Shown here: piece after piece, positions 22,150-34,949 of the stretch
Layout: every line of letters starts with the position of its first letter
Numbering within the stretch: the stretch's first letter is position 1
The notes under the pieces: generated by a model
What the model saw: only the letters and a program-made list of their open reading frames with translations
Told to the model about the DNA's origin: nothing
Database searches by the model: none
Made by a program: the position numbers and the translations under genes
From: Lepidodermella squamata
Taxonomy: Eukaryota > Animalia > Gastrotricha
Reading direction: 5' to 3'
DNA: 64,000 nucleotides
NCBI GenBank assembly: GCA_047495785.1
Contig: JBLDXI010000030.1
Coordinates: 620,001-684,000 of the forward strand

Positions 22150-23315
22150 GGGTGTGTTCAAAAAGTCTCAGCGCCACTGAATGCGCATTCTTAATTACAG
22201 GCATTGTTCTCTCATTGCGCAATAGTGTTTCAACGAAACTTTAACTTTTATTTATTTTTATCGCAGTCTAACACGGAAAGCTTATTCACCTTGGGAAATT
22301 TTTTAAATATTGCAATAAATTGTGGGAAAATTGTTAGGAATTTGCGCCCAACAGTCTCTCTTCCATGTTGATTTTTTGGGAACATTTTTGTAATAATTTC
22401 CCTCCAAAAAGCAAATCAAAGCGACCTATCGGATTGTCGAGTGATTTTCAACCCGTTTTTTTCGGTTTACGACGATAGAGAACAATCTAGAATCTAGACC
22501 TCCACAGTGTCGCCGCGATTTTATCGGCATAAATTATACATGCTGCGAGAAAGTTTGGAATCGGTCTCGATCTCAATGAATTTTTGGGAATTGTTCATCA
22601 AACGACTCTTGATTTTAAATTAAAATTAATCACCCTCCCGATAAAAGTAAAGGAATTTTTCAAAATGTTTTGGGAAGGCTTCGAAAATTAGCAGTTGTGA
22701 AATTGAAAATGTGCGATGCCGCCCAAAATTTGTAATTTAATTTTTTCATTTAATTTTCAATTTTTGGAAAAAAAATTAAAAATTGACCTGAGCCTTATGC
22801 GTTTCCCTGAAAAAGGGGAAAGGAAGAAGTGGTACCATTCGGCGTTTCATGTGCTATTTTTTTGCATTGATTAATTAAAGAAATTCATTTATTCAAACTT
22901 GAAAATTGATCAATTTTTAATAGCTGTGAAGTAGAAATGTGCCGTAGAGGCGTGCCAAGGTGTTCCGCAAGGTTTCCGAATAATTTTCCCACTTTGCAGA
23001 CGTATAAACGCTTTGCCGTCAAAAAATTGATAAAAATAAAATTCATATCGAACCATTGTGACTAATCACGACGCACGTGAGTAATCAGGGAAAGTTTCAG
23101 ACTGCTCGAGCAGCCTGAAACTTCGAACAATGCTTGTCCCTCACTGAACGTTCTGAGCATTAAAAAATCGCCTGAAAGCGTAATCAAGAGCATCTGTGTC
23201 CCTTTCCTCTGAAACTAAACAATGCGAATAATCGCTCTGAACATTAAAAAACGCAATTATCGAGTAATTCTGAAAGAACAGCGTTCTGAAGCTCTGAGAC
23301 TTTTTGAACACACCC
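22150..23315. mobile_element. Non-autonomous DNA transposon with 22-bp perfect TIRs
   Basis: GGGTGTGTTCAAAAAGTCTCAG at 22150-22171 and its reverse complement at 23294-23315, with weaker inverted similarity further in. TSD ambiguous (GTGGT/GTGGG). Confidence 0.75.
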
Positions 23316-23433
23316 GTGGGACCAAGATGGGACAAAGACTTGAGTGCTCACCAGATGCAATGTGTTGCAATGCAAATAAAAGCAAAGTTTCAACTTGCAT
23401 CCAAAATATATTTCAGCATAGAACGTAAATAGA

Positions 23434-26400
23434 ATGCATTTATTGTGCTGCCTTTTACTGCTACCTACAATTCAAGCATTCTCACGACGGCAAGTCGTCG
23501 ATCCAAGAAAGGTAATCTTGGCCTAAAAACAGGCTGATGGTTATCAATTACAACGGCGTGATTTTATAGAATTACCACGAATGTCCGATTCCGCAATTGC
23601 AAAACAGCGTTGTCCTTGTTCGAAGCTGGTCGATGGATGAACTCAATGCCACGCCTATGACGGTCAAGGCCGGCACAGAAATAACGATTGAATGTCCTGT
23701 TGGACAGAACTCTACGGCCAACAGTTTTGTTTGCGGCGATGATGGGCGTTGGTCGAATCAAGATGATAATTTCTGTTTGTAACTTTTCGGTGAAACTTTG
23801 TTTAAGGTTTTTGTTTGATACAGGCTCGCGAAATTCGGAATTTCAAACTCAGACTCGGAGAAAACGCGACTTCTTGACTATTTTGGCAAATATCATATGT
23901 AAGCTTCTAAAACTTAGCTTGATTGTTGATCATGTCCCTTTTAGATTGGCAAGATCCAACGTTCTGGATCTGTTATGGCATTCTTACTCGCCCAGCCGAA
24001 ATCTTACAAACCACGACGCCAGCTTTCATTCCTGATGAAGAACTACCTGATGCGAGTGGTGAACCTGACCTGTACGAAGACTCGCAGCCTCCAGACGCTA
24101 CACTGACATCGCGGTTTTTCGAAGCCATCAGAAGCAATGACGTGGTGGAAGCAAGTCGAATTTACAGCGAATCTAACGGTGTCACCAAGGCTCGCGATAG
24201 CCGCAATCAGTCGGCGTTGATAGCAGCAATTGAAACCGGATCGAAAGATATGGTGGAGTTTCTTCTAAAACTAGGCGTGAATATTGAACGAAATTCGTCC
24301 GTGATCACGGCAGGTTAGTTTCAAATTTCAAAAAATGTAAAGATTTTTAAGCTCGGAGTCCCTGAAAATACTCTTGCTAATCATCTCTTTCCCATACCCC
24401 ATACCCCTATTAAGCGATTTTTGCTTATTTTTAGCTAGTTAGATATGTTCTTTTCCTGTGTTCGTTAATCTTTTGGTTATGAAACAATGCCATATTGATA
24501 GTCTTAGGTATATATAATAGCAAAATTTGGATAAAATTCGTGTGCCGATAAAACTTCAGAGAATTGTAAATTAATTTTAAATTTTAAATTAAATTAAAAA
24601 ATTAAATTTCACGCGTTATTGGAAACTTAAAAAAGTCGTTTGCTCTTAAATTAAGAAATTTTACCTGGGTGAAGCGTGAAGCTTTGCTGATTTTACCATT
24701 TCATCCATTTCATCAGTCCACGATGCCCTTATTTCAGACTGGCTTATTCCAATCAAAGTAGCCTTAGTTTAGTTGGAGACCGATTTCTAACTTTTCTAAC
24801 TTATTTTTCTTAGGGGTAGGGGAGTCTTTTTCTTTAAAAATCCTGCAATTTGTGACTAAATGTTTTGTTCAATTTTACAGCCAAGTCGGGAAATCCTGAA
24901 ATCGTCAAGCTGATGATGTACTCGAATTCGAAGCTCCAGGTGGCTGAAGACGGGCGAACTGCGTTGCACTGGGCCTCGGAATTGGGTCACACCGCCGTAG
25001 TAGATCTCCTCATTGATCACGGCGCGGACCCCAGGGCAAAAATGAGCTTGGAAAATGACGAACAAACAGCGGTTCATGCAGCGGTCCTACATGGCCACAT
25101 CGAGACGCTCAGTCACCTCCTCGACAAAAAGCCGTGTCTCGTAAACTTGACCAATCGATTGGGTGAAACTCCTCTCATACTCGCCGCACGACTTGGCCAC
25201 CTTAATATTGCCGGAAAGTTGGTGCGAAGGTACAACGCTTCCCTCGACAATGAAGCCGCAGAAGGCGAGACGGCTCTTTTCGTTGCCGTAGACGCTGGCC
25301 ATCTTGCTGTGGTCAGACTATTGGTCTCTTCAGGAGCAAACTTGACAACAAACAGAACAACAACACTTCACATCGCCGTCACACGAAATCACCCTTCGAT
25401 CGTCGAGTATTTGTTGGAAAATGTTCCTAATGCCCTTCGTCTGCAAAATAAATGGAATGAGACTGCGTTACATGTAGCAGCTGCGAATGGTTGGGAAAAG
25501 ATGGTTCGCCTTCTGGCTGGGAAGAACTTGCCTTATGTGATAGATTCACTTGGCCGGACGGCCTTGCATTCCGCTGTGGCTAATGGCCATCTGGCGATTG
25601 TTCGTCTTCTTACGAGCAAAGCTCCGTCCTGGCTGAGGGCCAGAAGCTATTTGCGTGATAATGGGGATACGCCTTTGACCTTGGCAGTTCGAATCGGAAA
25701 TCTCGAAATTGTTCGAGCTTTGCTAGATCCGGATTTTCGAGTTCGAATCTCAGAACGAACTGCAACAATGAAGACTCCGCTTCAAGTTGCAGTGCTGGCT
25801 GGGAAAACTGATATTGCGTGTTTCCTCGCCAGAGCGAAGGCTGGTGCTAATATGACTGTTGATGAGGCAGGGCAGGATCTGAAAACTCCGCTGATTGTTG
25901 CGGCTGGTCTTGGCTATAGCGAAATCGTTCAGTGCCTTGTTGAGAGTGGAGCGAATATTACGGCCATCTATGGCATTGGAATTGGCAAGATTACTGCAGT
26001 TCATGCTGCTGGTAAGTTATCGGGTTATCCTACGGATTTCGTGACCCTCAAAATCAGTCACTGTGATCTAATTTGAATAGAGAGCTTTTACCAATTTACA
26101 ATCCAATTTGAGATTCAATTTTTCAATTCATTTGGATTTTTAACGATACCTTTTTAACAATAATTCCTTATCATTTTCGCAGCCATGAACGGATCGGTCG
26201 ATGCTTTGAAAATTTTGGTTCGATCAGGCGGGGAAATTGCTCTCAATGCGTTAGATGGAAATGGTTCATCGCCCCTGTTGAGAGCGATCGCTGCTAAACA
26301 AAACTCGGCTACCCACCTACTTGTTGATCGGGGCGCGAATATTGATGCGAAAACCCCTCAAGGCATCACGCCGCTGCTGAAAGCGGCTGAAGATGGGAAT

Positions 26401-26702
26401 TATGACATTGTCGAGTTTCTCCTAAGCAAGAAAGCTGATATCGAAGCCAGGGATGCTGATTTTAGGACCCCACTCATAGCAGCCGCAGGTATGCCTAGAA
26501 AATTCTTAATTTGAGATACTACTCTTTTTTCGAAAAAATGTCTATAGCTTCTGGGCATCTCAATACAACCCGTTTGCTGGTCGAAAGAGGGGCTGATGTA
26601 ATGGCTGTGACTTCCATCGGGTCGACAGCCCTCGATTTAGCTATTGCTAAGGGCCATGCGGATGTTGAGGATTATCTAATACGCCACGTTACCCATCGCT
26701 AA
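23434..26702 (+). CDS. Secreted Sushi/CCP + furin site + ankyrin-repeat protein, copy 1; exons 23434-23511, 23570-23774, 23824-23898, 23945-24313, 24881-26011, 26183-26488, 26548-26702 (772 aa)
   Basis: Signal MHLLCCLLLLPTIQA; Sushi ECPIPQLQN...IECP...FVCGDDGRWS...C; RRKR; acidic linker; about 16-18 ankyrin repeats. All junctions are GT-AG and phase-compatible. Confidence 0.85.
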
Positions 26703-27000
26703 ATCTAATCTAGAATCAGTCCTAATCTATCTACATATTCGTTTTCCCTATGCGTGATTTTCCCAGGTCAGCCTTTAGAATTTGACTTATTTCTTTGTTC
26801 TTTTCTACGAACGTTGTCTGTGAAGCGTTTGAAAAAATTGATTGTGGTGAAAATTAGCAACTTTTTGTCGGAATTCCTATGGAACGTTTTTCAGTCATTT
26901 CTAGTCCGAATCGCGGCTGTAAATAAACAAATGCGAGAAGTAAAGAGAAATAAACAAGTGCATTTTCCCGTTCGCTTTTTTCTAGAGAGGTTTTACACGA

Positions 27001-29879
27001 ATGCTTCAGCTCATTTGCTTCCTGCTGGCACTGACCCTGCAAGTTTATGGCCATCATGTAAGTTCACCAGCAAGATTCTATTAAACTTGACTGTATATCT
27101 TTCTGCACAGGAAGGCGTGGAATGCCCGATGCCAAAATTGCGAAATGGAGTTGTGATCGTCCTGAGGCGGTCGTCAACAGATGTAGTTCACGTCACACCT
27201 ATATCGGCTGAATTCGGTACTGAAATCACGATTAAGTGCGACGATGGTTATGAAGAGAGAAACGCATCAGTAAACTTGTTCACTTGTGGCCAAGATGGAC
27301 GCTGGTCGAATGAGGATGACATTTCTTGTTAGTCATTTTCCGATGATTCACCGTATTCCCATTTCTTTAATTTTACAGGCGTCATCGATTCATCTTTGAG
27401 TAGACCTCGACGTGGCCTTCCAACATGGGGTAAGCAGTTCTGAAAATTCAATTAGACCCATTTATCCAAGAAATGGGTGAATCGAAAACCTGCTGAATTT
27501 TCTTTATTTTTTTCGATGATAAATTGCAGATCCCATGTACATGCTATGCGGTCGTTTCAACATCAGGCGTCCCGAAACCGAGCAGACAACAACACCAACA
27601 TTTATTCCAGACGAAGAATTTCTCGATGAAAGTGAAATGGACTACTACGACGAAGATACCGCGCCTCCGAGCTCTTCCTTAACATCTCAATTTTTCGAAG
27701 CCATCAACAGAAATAATCTGGAAGAAGTCAGTAAAATGTATGGCGACTACAATGGCGTCGTTAAAGCTCGGAATGACCTGAATCAATCAGCCTTGACTGC
27801 CGCAATAGCTGCCGGGTCTAAAGATATCGTTGAATTTCTCCTCAATCTCGGCGTGAATGTTGAACGCAATTCTTCTTTGATTGAAGCAGGTCACTAACCA
27901 GGATTTATTTTCTGTATTTCCATGGTTAAAAGCTCCTTAATTACTTAACACTTGAGTGTTTGTCTTTTCCAGCAAAATTTGGCGATCCTGAAATAGTTGA
28001 AATGCTGATCTACGCTGATGCGAAGCTTCAGGTAGTTCATGACGGCCGAACAGCTCTGCACTGGGCCTCGGAATTAGGTCATGCAGCCGTAGTCGATCTG
28101 CTCATTGATCACGGCGCCGATGTTCGGGCTCAAATGGACGATGAGAAAAGCAACGGCAGCACTGCAATTCACGCTGCTATTTCGCATGGGCATTCCGAGA
28201 CTTTCACGCGGCTGCTTGACAAGAAGCCGTTTCTCATGGAATCGGTGAATAGATTCGGCGAGACACCTCTCCTTCTAGCCTCACGCCTCGGTCATCTCAA
28301 AATTGTTGGAACGTTGCTGAAAAAGTCGAATGGTACAATTGAGGCTAGGACTAAAGATGGCGAAACTGCGCTACTGGCTGCCGTGGATGCTAATCAACTC
28401 CCAGTCGTCAAATTTTTGCTTTCGAAAGGCGGAAATGTGTCGGCTGTTAAAAACGACAGTAGTACGGCGTTGCACCTAGCTGTCTTGAGAAATCACACGT
28501 TAATGGTCAAATATTTACTGAAAGCTGCTCCTCACTTGCTCAGTAAACAGAACGACAAAAACGAAACTGCTTTACATTTGGCTGCTTCGAATGGACTGAT
28601 TGAAATGGTTCGTCTACTTACGGAGCAGGATTTGCCTTTTCTGATTGATTCACTTGGTCGGACGGCCTTGCATTCCGCTGTGGCTAATGGTCATCTGGCG
28701 ATTGTTCGTCTTCTTATGACCAAAGCCCCGTCCTGGCTGAGGGCCAGGAGCTATTTGCGTGACAATGGGGATACGCCTTTGACCTTGGCAATCCGAAGAG
28801 GGAATCTCGAAATAGTTCGAGCTTTGCTAGAAACAGATTTTCCAGTTCGAATCATGGATCGAACTGCTTCCATGAAGACCCCGCTTCAAGTTGCAGTTCT
28901 GGCTGGGAAAACTGATATTGCGTGTTTCCTCGCCAGAGCGAAGGCTGGTGCTAATATGACTGTTGATGAGGCAGGGCAGGATCTGAAAACTCCGCTGATT
29001 GTTGCGGCTGGTCTTGGCTATAGCGAAATCGTTCAGTGCCTTGTTGAGAGTGGAGCGAATATTACGGCCATCTATGGCATTGGAATTGGCAAGATTACTG
29101 CAGTTCATGCTGCTGGTAAGTTTTGTATTTCACCCTGGTGAAACCTGGTGAAACATGAAACATGGATAAGTGGGAATGGCCTTTGGGTGGACCTTGGTTA
29201 AGGTGGCCTCATGGCAATAGGAAACAGTAAGCTCTTATTCAGTCTCTAATTTTTCCATTGTTCAGCCATCAACGGTTCTGTCGAAGTCCTGAAAGTTCTA
29301 GTGAAGCATGGCTGGAAGAATGTGCTCAATGCGAAAGATGGTTTCGGATCAGTACCGCTGTTCACAGCGATCAAGTCACAACAGAACGCGGTCGCTCGCG
29401 CGTTGGTCGAACTCGGAGCAGATATCGAAGGTAAAACCGTGCGAGGTGTCACGCCGTTACTGATAGCAGCCGACGAAGGAAATTTCGAAATGGTAGAATA
29501 TCTCCTCGGCAAGAAGGCTGATATCGAAGCTAGGGATGATTACTCCAGAACACCTCTCCTAGCAGCTGCAGGTTTGTGAGAAAATCATGAAATGCCGAAA
29601 ATACCTTTCAATTTTGCAGCATCTGGCAATTTAAACGTAACCCGTCTGCTGATTGAAGAAGGAGCGAATGCCCTGGCTACAACCAATCTCGGCTACTCGG
29701 CCCTTCATCTGGCTCTAGCTTACGGCAAGAACGATGTAGCTGAGTACCTACGCAGCGCCAAGCCAGAGATAACTTCGCTGACTACTACCGACACATTGGC
29801 GACAGTTAAGCTGAACAATATTAATGCCATGCTAAAAATTGTGCTTCCGAGCCGTAGAATGCTAACCACGCTTGGCTAA
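27001..29879 (+). CDS. Secreted Sushi/CCP + furin site + ankyrin-repeat protein, copy 2; exons 27001-27057, 27111-27327, 27379-27429, 27530-27889, 27973-29115, 29266-29571, 29620-29879 (~797 aa)
   Basis: Signal MLQLICFLLALTLQVYG; Sushi ECPMPKLRNG...IKCDDGY...FTCGQDGRWS...C; RPRR; same intron positions and phases as copy 1. Confidence 0.85.
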
Positions 29880-30122
29880 TTAGGGCATCATCGCAATTGT
29901 GAGAATAAAATTAGTCAGGATTGAGTTTGAGAGTCTCCACAAATTTGACCTAATTACAGACATCTTTAATTTCTTACAGAATTCCCTGTCTCAAACATTT
30001 TCAAGATTGATGCTTGATATGTCCTGGTTTCGGACATTTTCAGCAGATTTGACCTCATTTTGGACATTCTCAATTTCTCAATGAATTTTCACTCAAACAA
30101 AATTTTCACAAAACTGTTAGAC

Positions 30123-32831
30123 CTAGCCCACAGCTAACAAAGTTTCGGACGATTCTGAAGCCATTACGGACCTATCATGAATCAATCGCCTGTTGCGAAC
30201 GGAATTTCGGAAAGTTCGAATTGAACTTTGAACCCAGCCGCGTTGTTTTTCGGTTTGATAATCCCCCCTTTTTTCACGCATGCTCAACCGTTTATCAGCC
30301 GAAATAATCTCCGAGTTCACTGCCTGTGCACGTTGCATAGTTGCTTCAATCCCTGACTGAAAACGAAAGTTCGAGTTGCAAACTCCGATCAGGGTCGAGG
30401 TGGCAACGTGCATAGGTTTTTCCCATTTTTTTTATTTTTTTTTTTATTTTTTTTTATTTTAAAAATCAAATCTCACGGTAAAAAATAATTATTTTGAATT
30501 TTGTGTCACTTTGTAACCAAACCGAGCCCGGTAATTTGGGCATCGCCATCATAGTCATTAATTAGCTGTTTAGCAATTTGAGCCTTTTGCAAATCCTTCT
30601 CATCAGCCCCGTTTTCCAGCAAATAATTCGCCACATCGGTGTGGCCATTAACAGCTGCCCAGAACAGCATTGAATTTCCATTCGAATCCAACTCGTGCTC
30701 AATCAATTTCGTCACCGATCCGGCCGAGTGATTCGTATGTTCACGCTTCAACGCTTCGTCCAGCAAAAATCTCGCAACAGCAAGATGGCCGTTCGCCGCG
30801 GATGAAAATAACGCAGTCATGCCCTGTTGTTGCGTTTTGAAATACGTGATTTTCGCGCCATTTTCCACTAAAATTCGACAATTCTCCAAATGGCCATGTC
30901 TTGCGGCTAACATCAACGCCGTTACGTTTTGCTCGTCGTTAACATCCGCGCCTTTTTCAATGACTTCTTTACATAAATCGGCGAAATTTGACTTGAGAGC
31001 TGCCGCTTTTAGGACGTTAATCCCGCTGTGATTTTTCGCGTTTACCGACGCGCCGTTGCTAAGCAACAACCGGCAAATTTCAGCGTGACCGAAATATGCG
31101 GCTTGAATTAGGGCGGTTTCCCCGGTTGAGGAGGCATGGTCCAACTCGGCGCCGTTTTCTAGTAGGATTTTGCATATTTCGAGGTGGCCATTTTCGGCGG
31201 CTAGTGTTAACGCTGTGAAGCCACGTTCGTCTGTTTCGTTGACGGGGAATTTTTGTTCGGTGAGGAGATACTGGCAAATGGCGGCTTGGCCTCGTTGAGC
31301 CGCTAACATGAGGGCGTTGTGGCCGGGTGTGTTTTTCTGTAGAAGATCGGCGCCTTTTTCTAGGTAGAGCTTCATAAGGTCCAAATGGCCATTCCAAGCT
31401 GTGTTCAGGTATAACGAAGTACCTTGAAAAATCAAAAATTTTATATTAAATTTGTTTCAAAAGTAAATAAAAAAAATTGATTCGCTTAAAGTTCCAAATT
31501 TTTCAAAATTTAAAATATAAAAATTATTTTAGCAAAGAAATTTGGAAATATAATGTTATAAGTAAAGTTTGAGAAAATAAATATAAAAATTCAAGTTAAT
31601 TTAAAAATGTTCGAAAAAATATAAAAAGTTGGGATTTCATTGATCAATATTTTTTCAGATTGGTTATGGGTTACCGACCTGGTTTTATTAGGCCAACAAT
31701 TTCAGGAAATTTTCGAATTTTTGAAATTTATTTGAATCTTGAATTTTTTTGCAAATCCTTTCTGATTTTTCTAAATTTATCTGATTCTGCGAATTCGAAA
31801 ATCGAAAATTTGGTGATCTCGTCTCTCTAATTAATATAGACCCGCAAAATTTAGGTTCCCCAGCTCTTGCACACCCATTTTATTACCTTGGCTATTAGCC
31901 CACGCCAGATTAGCGCCTTTTTCCATCAAAATACGGCAAACATCGTAGTTTCCACTCGTTGTAGCATAGGCCAACGGCGTTCCATGCTGCGACGCATCCG
32001 AATCCTCCATATTGGCTCCGTGATCGATTAAGAGCTTAACAAGTGCCGGCTGGCTGGCTTTCGGCTGGCCGTAACACGCGATTATGAGCGGAGTTGCATT
32101 TTCGAGGTTGCGAAAACTCGCTCGGAAATTAGGATAAGCGCCGTGTTCGAGCAATTTTTCAACGTGCGCTAGATTTATCGGATCGGCACTTACAGCTTCG
32201 ATTAATTCCATGTTCGTATTCTTCAATGACAAAATTATGAAAAAAGAATATCAGGAAATTTATAACACATCTTCCTTCAGGGAAATATAAGAAATAATTT
32301 GTTTCAAAGATTTTAAAATTGGAATTTTGAAAATTTTGAAATTACTATTTTGAATTACTACCTATGCACTATTTTGAAAATTTTGAAAATTTAATTTTAA
32401 ATTTACGGAACTCTCAAATTCAAAATTTTCAAAATTTTCAAATATATTTTCAAAATTTTCAATCTAAATTCAAATATTTCAAAAATGATTTCCAAAATTA
32501 TGAAACTAACACGAAGTGACGCTCCCAATTTGAAGTTGTCATTCAATGCCTGAGTTAGCCTATCAACAATGGAGCTCGCATCCAAATCGACAGCATCCAG
32601 AGCCAGCTCTTCATGGTCGACATTGTCGCCCTGCGCCACCGTAGCTTGGCTTAGCAGCTTTCTGACATGCTGATCGACAAGAGCCTCCAGCACTGATTTG
32701 AGAGCTCGGCCAGCTTCGACAATTTCGAGCAGTTCTTGGTACTCAGCCAACGCCTCAACATCAGGCTCGCCGTGCTCATCTTCCTCCTCAGAACTGAACA
32801 AAATTTCTTCTTCACTTGAAAATGAGCCCAT
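30123..32831 (-). CDS. Intracellular ankyrin-repeat protein; exons 32831-32511, 32220-31887, 31422-~30520, possible last exon ~30355-30123 (3' end uncertain, may stop at 30506)
   Basis: Multiple TAL..AA..GH ankyrin repeats. Acidic N-terminus MGSFSSEEE (MGxxxS, possible myristoylation). First two introns are phase-compatible. Confidence 0.8.
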
Positions 32832-34067
32832 TTTTCCTAAATAGAAAAATTAGAAAAAATTAATAAAAAAATAAAAAAAAAGGAAAAATTGTAATTTTCT
32901 AATATAAAATAGAATTAATAGCTAAAATTAATTTATTTTGGAAAATATAAAAATCACAGAACTGGAAAATGAGCTAATTTTTTGCGACTACAACCGGTTA
33001 TATTTTTTGCGGTATAAAATCAACATAAATTTAAGAGATTTTCTAAGCTTTTGTTTGTAACACAAGTTTAAACAAATTGAGAAATGATTTTCACAAGACC
33101 AAGAGTTGGGCATTCATTAAAGGCATCTCAGAGTAAAGGTGGTTTCGTTTTTTTCTCCCCCTCTCTCCCACTCTCTCTCTCTCCTTCGCTCATTTCTATT
33201 AATATTAAGGTATACTTTTTTACACCGGCGTGGCAGCAGGCACTTGATAGTTATTATTGCAGCAATTACTAATATAACGGGTTAGTACTAAGTAATGCGA
33301 ATAACGTGCGGTGGCTATGATGTGGTCGCTCGGTCGTAGCTTTCCGTGGCAAAAGTTGCGATTAGCTGCCTGGCGTGTGCGATGATGATGATGACGGAAA
33401 AAATTACTAACCACAACATGATGGTGTGTTTGTATGTACTACTCTGTAATCTACAATTATATAACCATTAAAACGCGTCATTTTGCTAATTTATATAGAG
33501 TATAGGCCTAATTAGGGTATAATTTCTATTAATAAATTACCAACATAATTTCCGGTTGGGACAGTTTTGATTGCACTGAAAAAACAAATAGCCAGCTGCG
33601 CAAAATTTAAATAAAACCAATATTCTGGAAAATTGAAATGAAAATTTAGAAAAATTATGATTTTAAATGTTGATTATTCCGGAGAGGGTAATAAATTATA
33701 ATAAATTTACCTATTAAAAAGGAAACCTCCTGCCGAAAATTCCCGGCTAAACATCAGGTTTGAAAAAATTCGAAAAAATCCTCAGAGAGTTATCTCAGAG
33801 AGGGCTATTTCTGATTACTGATGCAAATTTTGAGATTTTTTTTATTTTTACTTAATTCTTGGCTATTTTGGGATTTTGGGCACTCATTTGCATATTCACC
33901 GACCTCATTAGTCGCAATATTCAATGAATATTGAATGGCTATTGCGGCACCCTATAAACTCATAAACTCACCGCTGGAGTTGCCCTGGAATTCACTGGAG
34001 TATCCGAGGTAACGATCGAAAATGATTCCGGAAGTATCAACCATCAACCGCATTAACTTGATTTCTC

Positions 34068-34631
34068 CGTGGGGCGTCAACTCATCCGCGGTCAACTCGT
34101 CCGCGACAACTCATCCGCGACAACTCACCCGTGGACAACTCATCCGAAATTAAATAAATATTTAAATAATTATTTTTAGTGACAACTCATCCGGTGACAA
34201 CTCATCCGGTGACAACTGGTCCGGCCCGGCCGAGTTGTCGCGGATGAGTTGTCACTAAAATTAAATAATTAATTATTTTTTAATTATTTAAATTCTGGGA
34301 CAACTCGTCTACGGTCAACTCATCCGAAATTCGAAATATAACATTTGTTGGTAAATTCAGGATGAGTTGGCGCGGATGACTTGTCCGTAGACGAGTTGTC
34401 CCAGAATTTAAATAATTAAAAAATAATTAATTATTTAATTTTAGTGACAACTCATCCGCGACAACTCGGCCGGGCCGGACCAGTTGTCACCGGATGAGTT
34501 GTCACCGGATGAGTTGTCACTAAAAATAATTATTTAAATATTTATTTAATTTCGGATGAGTTGTCCACGGATGAGTTGTCGCGGATGACTTGTCACCGGA
34601 TGACTTGTCGCGGACGAGTTGACATTTCACC
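34068..34631. mobile_element. Palindromic (foldback) MITE built of GACAACTCATCCG units, 564 bp, 8-bp TSD
   Basis: Left half is the reverse complement of the right half; GATTTCTC at 34060-34067 and 34632-34639. Confidence 0.88.
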
Positions 34632-34949
34632 GATTTCTCAATTTTTTATAGGTACTATGAATTCTTTTTAATCTTAATGAGTTTCATTCAAACGAGGGTT
34701 TTTCGACGACAAATTCTATAATTTGAAGGCTGAAATAAAGCATTTCTTCTTCATTAATTTGAAATTTTGAAAATTCAAGGTTTTTCACCATTAAATTCGA
34801 AGTCTGAACTGATGAAAATTAGCATATTTTACTCAATATTTTAGCGTTGTCCAACTTTCGAAGTCGATCAAAGCAAAATGTATCACGCAAGCTATTTAGC
34901 AAGCATTATGAGTCCGACTTTTGTCAAATTGTTCCAATCAATCTCATTA

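Noticed and set aside
23434-29879. Calling the secreted ankyrin proteins latrotoxins, or bacterial endosymbiont ankyrin genes
   Set aside because: No latrotoxin N-terminal pore domain is visible; six conserved spliceosomal introns and a Sushi domain indicate host genes. The latrotoxin comparison is only an analogy.
34068-34631. Repeat-spacer pattern resembling a CRISPR array
   Set aside because: Repeats are inverted, spacers are mirrored A/T tracts, a TSD is present, the context is eukaryotic and there are no cas genes.
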